Part shown: positions 55,371 to 62,411 of the stretch, piece after piece
Layout of the letters: the number at the start of each line of letters is the position of its first letter
How positions within the stretch are numbered: position 1 is the first letter of the stretch
IMG/VR virus record: IMGVR_UViG_3300035070_002626
Coordinates: 186,001-250,000 of that record
Strand: one strand, 5' to 3'
Length of the DNA stretch: 64,000 nucleotides
Translations under genes and position numbers: made by a program
The notes under the pieces: model-generated
Seen by the model: the letters and a program-made list of their open reading frames with translations, nothing else
Databases searched by the model: none
What the model was told of the DNA's origin: nothing

Positions 55371-55954
55371 AGTGGACCTCTAGCAGTATTTACCTTCTCT
55401 AGAAACTTGCCCATAGACATTATCCTCATATTTTGTATTTTATTAAACCTAGGCACAAATGCTGATTCTGGACCTTCTATTCTCCAGAATTGCCTGGTGC
55501 TAAAGTCCTCAGTAAGCTTGATGATTTGATTAATCCAGTTACCCGGGTATGTTGGTGGGTCGAGATCTTTTTTGTAAAATTTTGTATTTGTATAGATATT
55601 GTTAACCATACCGTTGGTAGTCCCAAGATCCATGCCAATTAAGTATATGTCACTGTGGCCGTCAATTAACGCTAAACTAGCAGCATTTGGGCCACTGCTA
55701 AATCCTTTGTAGTCTTTAGCAAGAAACCGACCACCTAAATCCACGATAGGTTTTCGGGTGTGGAATCTATGTTTTTTTGCATATCCAGAATTTTGTATTT
55801 CTTCAGCAATTGGCCTATCAGTGGCTACCAAGCAATGAGGTGTGCACTCTTGATACAATCTATTGCATCCAAATACTGTACCAATTTCCATCAATTTACT
55901 AGGATTAACTGCTAGCCTGCTTTTGCCGTTTCCTAGTATAAATGCTGCACTCAT
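55367..55954 (-). CDS. Maf/DUF115 (MptE-like) Rossmann-fold protein
   Basis: AFILGNGKSR, VFGCNRLY, LVATD, SSGPNA, IYLIGMDL. Confidence 0.55.
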   Translation of the reverse strand: MSAAFILGNGKSRLAVNPSKLMEIGTVFGCNRLYQECTPHCLVATDRPIAEEIQNSGYAKKHRFHTRKPIVDLGGRFLAKDYKGFSSGPNAASLALIDGHSDIYLIGMDLGTTNGMVNNIYTNTKFYKKDLDPPTYPGNWINQIIKLTEDFSTRQFWRIEGPESAFVPRFNKIQNMRIMSMGKFLEKVNTARGPL

Positions 55955-55987
55955 AAAAAACCCCCATTGTAGTTATTACAATGAGGG
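55955..55987 (-). terminator. Terminator-like hairpin whose U6 tract abuts the next ATG
   Basis: CCCTCATTGTA-ATAAC-TACAATGGGGG-TTTTTT-ATG (stem contains one G-U pair). Confidence 0.7.
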
Positions 55988-56009
55988 CTAGCAAGTTAAA
56001 AAATTAATC

Positions 56010-56660
56010 TTAACCGTATTGTGGGTTCTCAATCTGTACTAGATTAATAGTTGTTGTTGATCCTTCGGCACCTGATTTTTCAATTGTGTCATCAAGAACA
56101 TTAAAGTAGTTAACCAATACTTTTGCGTTAGCAAAGTTGATTGCATACTTGTTAGTCATACGCTTGATACGCACTAGAGAAGAACCTTCGTCAGCATAAG
56201 TTACTGTCATAGTATTAGCTGTTAATGCTGCATCAGCTAAATCAGCTAGTACACAAACACCGATTGTATCTGCTGTGCCTGTACCTGCACCTACACCGGT
56301 TGCTTTAAATGTACTACCAACGCCTGCATCTGGGCCTGCACCAATTGATTGCCAGTCAGTATTGCCAAGTGCTGTAATGATGTATAGATTGTCAACAATA
56401 AACGAACCAGCTGTAACGCCAGTCGAATCGCCAACTAGGTATTTTGTTGAACCTTTTTGACGAATAATATAGCCGTCTGCTTCAGCAACTGTGCCGATTT
56501 TAACACGACATGTTGTTGTTGGAAACTCTCCACTTGATAGATTTGAATTACCGCCAACTTGACCGAAGTATAGCTCGCCTGCTGGTGTACCATTTCCGTC
56601 TGGATTGTTAAAGCCAGCGTCTCTAGTATCAGAAATTTTAATTTTGAGAGGACGTCCCAT
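56010..56660 (-). CDS. Probable virion structural protein
   Basis: 216 aa, MGRPLKI...; own late promoter (56750-55) and AAGGAG SD; first gene after the capsid gene. Confidence 0.65.
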   Translation of the reverse strand: MGRPLKIKISDTRDAGFNNPDGNGTPAGELYFGQVGGNSNLSSGEFPTTTCRVKIGTVAEADGYIIRQKGSTKYLVGDSTGVTAGSFIVDNLYIITALGNTDWQSIGAGPDAGVGSTFKATGVGAGTGTADTIGVCVLADLADAALTANTMTVTYADEGSSLVRIKRMTNKYAINFANAKVLVNYFNVLDDTIEKSGAEGSTTTINLVQIENPQYG

Positions 56661-56668
56661 GTTGTTTT

Positions 56669-56755
56669 CTCCTTGTAGAAGTCCGATGTAGGTTCTAGCC
56701 TACTACGCGGATGGTGTTCCGCATAAAACGCAGTATTACGTTAGAAAAGTATTTA
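56669..56755 (-). promoter_or_regulatory. Late promoter plus structured leader with a candidate H-type pseudoknot next to the SD
   Basis: Stems 56727-30/56739-42, 56707-11/56718-22, 56688-92/56699-703; loop 56693-97 complementary to 56676-80. Confidence 0.55.
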
Positions 56756-56758
56756 GCC

Positions 56759-56787
56759 AAAAAAACAGCACCCGAAGGTGCTGTTTT
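56759..56787 (-). terminator. Rho-independent terminator of the major capsid gene, cUUCGg loop
   Basis: AAAACAGCACC-TTCG-GGTGCTGTTTT followed by further Us. Confidence 0.92.
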
Positions 56788-56823
56788 CTCTTCCCTGCAT
56801 AATACAGGTTGTAATGATAAAGC

Positions 56824-58035
56824 TTATGAGAACGAAAGGTTCTGTACAGCAATTTCACCAACATAGTCACCGGCGTTGCCGAAGGACGATGCTGTGTTTG
56901 TTAGCTCAATATAGCCATAACGTGTCATAAAGGACACTACTGGCTCAAAGCTGGACGGATCAAGAACAACGCCTGAACTCATTAGCGGTACGTATGGGCA
57001 ATAGAACGCTGGTGCGTCTGTTTCACTTGCGCCTTTGTAGCCAACTAGTACTGGAGTTGTGTCGCCTGCGTATGAGTCACAGAATACACGCATTGTGCCA
57101 TTCAATGTACCAACGAATTTAGTATTTGTTGGTGCTTCAAATGTGCCTTCTGTTGTGCGAGCAAATGCACTTGTTGTTGCACTCTGTAGCACTGTAAGTG
57201 CAGCAGGGGAAACAACAGCATAGTTGCCTGCGCCACGACGTGTACGCTGAGCGATCAAGTTAGCTGTGCGGTTGATTAGAACTGCAAGAGCTGCATGCTC
57301 GTCACCAACAAATGTTGCTGTACCTGATACTGTGGCTTGGTTGTATGTAAACTCAGTTGCTGCTAGCGAACGTAGAGAAAGTAGAATCTCTTGGTCGATT
57401 TCAGCAGTAATCTCTTGAGCAAGTGCTGCCATGATTTCAGCTTCAACGTCAATGCCGTGCATGGCTTGTGCGTCTTGTGCTGCTTCAAAAGTCCAGCGAG
57501 CTTGTAGCTTACGTGTTTTTGCTTCAACAGCTTGCTTGAGGATTTGTACGGAAATCTGACGACCGCCGGAACCTTCAAGTACTGCTGTGTTTGCACCTTG
57601 GTATGTGTTCTGTGCATTTTGTACAACGCCTGCTGTCACTGTGGACGCAGAGGAGTAAGCTTGTGCAATTTTAAATGGTGATAGAGCTTCGTCACCAGCG
57701 GCTGTACTTGTTGCGGCTGCTGAGTTATCTGTCATTGCGTTTGCATAACGAACACGTAGTGTGTGGATTTGGCCAACTGGACCAGTCATTGGCTGAACGC
57801 CGACTAGTTCGTTAGCAATAACAGTTGGCATAACACGTCTGATAACTGGTAGGATAACACGGTTAAGTGTTGCTACGTTACCGGAAGAAGTTGAACCTGC
57901 TGTTGCGTTCTCTGCCAAGTGCTTGCGAGTGTTTTCTAGGATAACACCCATTGTTGAACGGCGTGAACCTTGAAGGCCTTCTAGGAGGGCTTCCTTGGTC
58001 TCACTCCATCTGTTTTCTAGTAGTTCTTGTGACAT
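56824..58035 (-). CDS. gp23: Major capsid protein
   Basis: RRVMP..IA.ELVGVQPMTGP.GQI..LR, VEAKTRKLQARWTFE.AQD, EIDQEI, FYCPYVPL, FMTRYG. Confidence 0.96.
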   Translation of the reverse strand: MSQELLENRWSETKEALLEGLQGSRRSTMGVILENTRKHLAENATAGSTSSGNVATLNRVILPVIRRVMPTVIANELVGVQPMTGPVGQIHTLRVRYANAMTDNSAAATSTAAGDEALSPFKIAQAYSSASTVTAGVVQNAQNTYQGANTAVLEGSGGRQISVQILKQAVEAKTRKLQARWTFEAAQDAQAMHGIDVEAEIMAALAQEITAEIDQEILLSLRSLAATEFTYNQATVSGTATFVGDEHAALAVLINRTANLIAQRTRRGAGNYAVVSPAALTVLQSATTSAFARTTEGTFEAPTNTKFVGTLNGTMRVFCDSYAGDTTPVLVGYKGASETDAPAFYCPYVPLMSSGVVLDPSSFEPVVSFMTRYGYIELTNTASSFGNAGDYVGEIAVQNLSFS

Positions 58036-58056
58036 TTCTGTCTCCTTTTTCTTTTT

Positions 58057-59148
58057 TTAAAGCCCTGCTAGGCGCTTAAGATCGATAACGTTATTAGCGT
58101 CATTTGTTTGTGATCTTTGTTGTTCGGCCTTAACAGTTTTGTTACCAGTAGATTCAACAAGTGCTTCAGCTTTTTTAGTTGCTTTAGCTTCACTGAGTAC
58201 TGCTGGCAAATACTTCTCAAATGCGTTCTTTAGACGAGATGTTTGAACGTTTTCAAGAAGATTAATCATTACTTCTCTCTTTTGATCGTTAAGAGGAGAT
58301 AGTAGTTCGTCTAATGTAGCTTCCCGCTCATTAGCTTCACGAATGATTTTAATTTCATGATTTTTGCTCTCAACAAGCTTTGCGGCTTGTTTTTGAGCAG
58401 TAACGGCTTCTGCCAACTTAATATCTTTATCTTCAATAGTAGCTAATAGCTTGCGTACTTCTGCATTCTCATTGAGATGCGTGGCACCAAACTCTGTAGC
58501 ATATGCTTCAAATATACGGCGACCAAAATTGTTCTCACGAGCAACCTTGATATCCTCTTTAAGTTGACTTAGTTCTTGCGTAAGATGAGTAGCAACAGTT
58601 GTTGACATCTTTTTAGCAGATTCTTTTACAAATTTACTTTTTAGACTATCAAGTTGTCCACGTGCTTCGCTGACAAGTTTTACTTTAGTTTCAACTAAGT
58701 CTTTCTTGTCTGCTGCGAATTCCTTGATTTCTTCGGCCAAAGCACTTACAATAAAAGATTCTAGCTTACCAAAACCTTCTGCTTGTACTTTGCGATCTGT
58801 GCGTAGTTCGCGAAGCTCTTCGGAAAGTTTTGATACCATAAAGTTATTAAATTTATTAGCATTTTCTTTCATTGCTTTTGCGGCTTTTACACGGTCCTCT
58901 GCAAGCGCCTTTTTCTCTTCGTTAAGTTGAGCAATTTCTTCTTGCAGGCCTTCTGTTACCATTTTATCTAGGGCTTCTACCATCACTGTTTTATCATGAT
59001 CATAGCGTTGTGCAAACTCCTCACGAAGTTCTGCACGAACTGTTTCTTTGGTCTCATTCAACTTTGCTGCCCATTGTTCAGCAATAGCATTACGAGTATC
59101 CTCATTAACCAGGTCGCTATCTAGTAGTGGTTTAATAGCATCTAACAT
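58057..59148 (-). CDS. gp22: Prohead core scaffolding protein
   Basis: Long E/K/A-rich coiled coil between protease and capsid genes; ENNFGRRIFEA. Confidence 0.8.
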   Translation of the reverse strand: MLDAIKPLLDSDLVNEDTRNAIAEQWAAKLNETKETVRAELREEFAQRYDHDKTVMVEALDKMVTEGLQEEIAQLNEEKKALAEDRVKAAKAMKENANKFNNFMVSKLSEELRELRTDRKVQAEGFGKLESFIVSALAEEIKEFAADKKDLVETKVKLVSEARGQLDSLKSKFVKESAKKMSTTVATHLTQELSQLKEDIKVARENNFGRRIFEAYATEFGATHLNENAEVRKLLATIEDKDIKLAEAVTAQKQAAKLVESKNHEIKIIREANEREATLDELLSPLNDQKREVMINLLENVQTSRLKNAFEKYLPAVLSEAKATKKAEALVESTGNKTVKAEQQRSQTNDANNVIDLKRLAGL

Positions 59149-59157
59149 GCGATTCTC

Positions 59158-59784
59158 CTAAATCTTTAGGTCCCTAATCAAACGAGATACTTCGTCTGTT
59201 AGGTACTTCTGTATTTTGTCGTTTGACCCTGACTCCCTAGCCATTTCAAGAACCGAATGACCATGTTTCATGTTCAAAAGTCCTTCGTAAATAGCTTTAG
59301 GGTAAGCATTTGGAGCACTGGGCTGTGCGACTACATCGACAGTAACAATTTCAAAGTCACTGACGTGTCCGTTGTGTGGATCTACATTACCTGATCCACG
59401 ACTAGATACTCCCAATCGTACACCTGACTGAAGCATAGTTTTAACTAGCTCACCCATTGGTGTTGGAAGTATTTTTAGTTTTCCGTATCCATTTGGACCG
59501 TCCATCCACATACTAGTAATCATGTGACATACACGGTCTAAATTAATCTTAAGGTCATCCGGGTGATCAACTTCACCAAGGACGCTATTGCCTTCTTTGA
59601 TCTGTTCATTAAGAGTTTTAACTGCGTTAGAAATCTCACTCACAGGGTATATTCGCTCATTAGCGTTCTTAACACCACCTTGTATGCAGATGCCTTCCAT
59701 AAAGAGTTCCTTACCGTCTTTCCCTTCAACAAGTTGAATTTGTGCGGTTTCGAAGGTAAGGTTTTCTCTAAGATAAAGAGCCAT
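59158..59784 (-). CDS. gp21: Prohead core protease
   Basis: NANERIYP, LGEVDHP (catalytic His), TPMG, GVSSRGSG (catalytic Ser), DVVAQPSAPNA. Confidence 0.93.
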   Translation of the reverse strand: MALYLRENLTFETAQIQLVEGKDGKELFMEGICIQGGVKNANERIYPVSEISNAVKTLNEQIKEGNSVLGEVDHPDDLKINLDRVCHMITSMWMDGPNGYGKLKILPTPMGELVKTMLQSGVRLGVSSRGSGNVDPHNGHVSDFEIVTVDVVAQPSAPNAYPKAIYEGLLNMKHGHSVLEMARESGSNDKIQKYLTDEVSRLIRDLKI

Positions 59785-59798
59785 ACTTGGTTATCCTT

Positions 59799-60596
59799 TT
59801 AGTCAATAACGCTTTTGGTATTCACACCAGACGCTTGAGCTAGTTGCGGTTTTGGCGCAGCTTTCATGTCTGGTCTTGTTGTGTTACCTTGGTCTTGTGC
59901 TTTTGGAGCAGGACGACCTTTTTCTGGAGCAGTGTCTGTGTCAACTGGTTTTGCTACAGCACCTTTTGCGCCACTGTTTGCAGCCACAGTACTATGTGTT
60001 TGAGTACCAGCTGGTTCAGTAGTAACAGCTTTAGGAGCAGCAGTTAGGTCAACATTTTCTTCTAGACCTTCCATTTCCATGTCAACTTCGACTGTTTCGT
60101 CGTCCATGTCCATTTCTTCATGGTCATCTTCAACATCGTCGATGTCGTCGGTGTTGTCATCAACTTGACCCATGAGTTCTTCAAACTCGGACATAAGTTC
60201 GTCTAGTTTGTCTTCTAGGCCAACAACACGATCTTCAAGTTCTTCATCGTCGTCATCATCTTCAACGTCGACGTCAACCATTTCGATTTCGTCTTCATCT
60301 TCAAAAGTAACACCTTGCTCTTCGGCTTCAATTTCGTCAATAAGATTATCAACTTGTGATCCGCCAAGTTCTGACTCGTCAATGGACTCGTCCATTTTGT
60401 CATCATACTCGATGTCTTTTTTAACTTCATCACCAGCTTTTTCAGCATGGTCATCTTTTTCTGCGTCTGATTCTTCAGACATAATGTCTTCATAGATTGT
60501 TTTAGATTGCTCTACAACGATCTCATGAAAGAGAGCTTTTGCTTTATCTTCTTCGTCGTTAATAACGAATTCGATAAGTTGTTCAAATTTATTCAT
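59799..60596 (-). CDS. Highly acidic prohead core protein (gp67/68-like position)
   Basis: Start reassigned to MNKFEQLIE (GGAGG SD; TAAATA at 60629-34); AKALFHEIVVE; D/E-rich. Confidence 0.7.
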   Translation of the reverse strand: MNKFEQLIEFVINDEEDKAKALFHEIVVEQSKTIYEDIMSEESDAEKDDHAEKAGDEVKKDIEYDDKMDESIDESELGGSQVDNLIDEIEAEEQGVTFEDEDEIEMVDVDVEDDDDDEELEDRVVGLEDKLDELMSEFEELMGQVDDNTDDIDDVEDDHEEMDMDDETVEVDMEMEGLEENVDLTAAPKAVTTEPAGTQTHSTVAANSGAKGAVAKPVDTDTAPEKGRPAPKAQDQGNTTRPDMKAAPKPQLAQASGVNTKSVID

Positions 60597-60690
60597 ATTG
60601 GTTCCTCCAAAGTATGGGCTCAGTATAATATTTAACATAGAATTAAAAAACTATGCAGTTATAGGAGTAAAATGGGTAGAAAACGATAAA

Positions 60691-60721
60691 TTTATTAGAC
60701 TAAAAGAAAAAGTCTAATAAA
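60691..60721 (-). promoter_or_regulatory. 11-bp stem-loop with U-rich loop
   Basis: TTTATTAGACT / AGTCTAATAAA; loop reads UUUUCUUUU on the mRNA. Confidence 0.55.
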
Positions 60722-60724
60722 GTA

Positions 60725-60940
60725 TCACATTTGTGGCGGCGCTGGTGCATATTGTGCTTGCACCTTTTTCAGCTCTTCCTTTTTTTCATAATTTCGCATG
60801 TCATACATTTTACGCAATTTTGAAATTTGTTTAAGAGTTAGTTTAGTTTTGCGCAGTTCGCCGAGTTGCGGTGTAGAATTGTCATCCTCTACATCTTGGT
60901 ATCCTTCTGGTGCTGCTTCAAAAAATTCAAATAGTTTCAT
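60725..60940 (-). CDS. Small head-module protein
   Basis: MKLFEFFE/A...RKTKLTLKQISKLRKM; TAAATA 5 nt before ATG (60946-51). Confidence 0.7.
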   Translation of the reverse strand: MKLFEFFEAAPEGYQDVEDDNSTPQLGELRKTKLTLKQISKLRKMYDMRNYEKKEELKKVQAQYAPAPPQM

Positions 60941-60948
60941 AATAATAT

Positions 60949-61971
60949 TTATCCAAAATCTATATCTATAGGATCAATCCTTCCTGCACCTAGAACTGAT
61001 CCTTTTGAGCAGTTTCCTATACAAATGTTATGACAGGTTTTTATACTATCAAAACTATTTTTAAGTTTAAATTTGTAAAAATCTGACTGTGCAATATCAC
61101 TTATACTGTGAATATTCAAATTTATATCGTTGAGGTTGCCAATTATTTTTCTAAAAAGCCTATCAGACATTGTGTTTTTCCAAGTTGTTCCGGACGTCAT
61201 ACAGCACGGCAATACATACCCTTCATGATTTATGTACATATCCCCGTGTTGATTCCAGGAGCACTGAGGGCTTGTAAACTCGTTGATACTGTTTGCTACG
61301 CTGTGAGACTTAGTAACAAATTCTATTCCGTCTGCCATTTCTAAATCATACTGAAACTCCCCGTCGATATACACAGGCCAAATAGTAGTTCCAAAGAAAT
61401 TTCTATTAGAGTATTGAACTTGAAAGTCTATAAATCCAAGATCTTTTGCCAATTGTCTAGCTTCCTCAATTTGATGTTGATTGTGTTTGAAAACTATGTA
61501 TTTCCAAGTTGCATTTCCTCCGGCTGAAATAAAACTTTTTGCATTTTCAATAGTTTTTTCCCAGTTAGCATTTATTCTATAGATGTGATTTGTATCTTCT
61601 AATCCATCTAGTGCAAATACAACATGCACATTCTTATAGGCTGCTATCTCTGAAAACCACTTTTTATTGCGTATACTTCCATTAGTATTAATGTCAACCC
61701 GGTTGATGTCTTTAAAAAAGTCAACAAAATTTCCAATTTCAGGATTCATTACTGGATCGCCGTAATCGCCTTCAAACTTCATATATTTTAAGTTAGGCAA
61801 ATACTTTAAATCGAAATTTTTTGAAAAATTATCAAAACTTAAATGCCCCGGAGTAAGATTTTTATCTAAAAATCCATGTTCGTCAAATCTAGGACATTGT
61901 GGGCAGTGCAAGTTGCAAAAACTAGATGATTCGATTGTTAGTTGTTTAATTTTATTTAAATCTAAGAACAT
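60949..61971 (-). CDS. Radical SAM protein with a C-terminal SPASM/twitch-like Cys cluster
   Basis: CNLHCPQC (CxxxCxxC), GDYGDP, NTNGS, ALDG, YRINANW; distal C...PCC...C..C. Confidence 0.88.
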   Translation of the reverse strand: MFLDLNKIKQLTIESSSFCNLHCPQCPRFDEHGFLDKNLTPGHLSFDNFSKNFDLKYLPNLKYMKFEGDYGDPVMNPEIGNFVDFFKDINRVDINTNGSIRNKKWFSEIAAYKNVHVVFALDGLEDTNHIYRINANWEKTIENAKSFISAGGNATWKYIVFKHNQHQIEEARQLAKDLGFIDFQVQYSNRNFFGTTIWPVYIDGEFQYDLEMADGIEFVTKSHSVANSINEFTSPQCSWNQHGDMYINHEGYVLPCCMTSGTTWKNTMSDRLFRKIIGNLNDINLNIHSISDIAQSDFYKFKLKNSFDSIKTCHNICIGNCSKGSVLGAGRIDPIDIDFG

Positions 61972-62408
61972 TTGCTGTTAAACCAGTGCCACATGGGCGT
62001 ATAAAAGTCTATACGCACTTCGCCGTTAAGTCCAATAAAACCGTAAAACTCGTCAGTTAAGGTTGGACCATTTTGATTGTTGTTACTACCCACATGATAA
62101 TAACAGGGATTTCCGTTAACGTATAAATCAGTTACATCAATTTCATCAAGTACAATTTTCTGCACAATTGCATGAACATTGTAAACAATGTTGTCTTGTT
62201 CGTCAACAATTGTGTGTTCTTCAGTTTTTCCCCGCATCACTACCCGAATACATTGTTCAGTGTGCTCGGCGGTATCTTCGTATTCAATAGTATATTGTGT
62301 TACACCTTCATTAAATGAATTACTTGTAACAAGTTTATTGTTTTGGTATACATCAATAAAAATTTCCGGAACAGTTTCACTGCACTCGATATCTATTGTT
62401 GAAATCAT
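61962..62408 (-). CDS. Hypothetical protein associated with the radical SAM gene
   Basis: 148-aa ORF overlapping the radical SAM start. Confidence 0.6.
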   Translation of the reverse strand: MISTIDIECSETVPEIFIDVYQNNKLVTSNSFNEGVTQYTIEYEDTAEHTEQCIRVVMRGKTEEHTIVDEQDNIVYNVHAIVQKIVLDEIDVTDLYVNGNPCYYHVGSNNNQNGPTLTDEFYGFIGLNGEVRIDFYTPMWHWFNSKCS

Positions 62409-62411
62409 TTG

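Noticed and set aside
59844-60495. Ser-rich plus-strand ORFs opposite the acidic core gene (also 23665..24159)
   Set aside because: Poly-Ser arises from the reverse complement of GAA/GAT/GAC codons; not independent genes.
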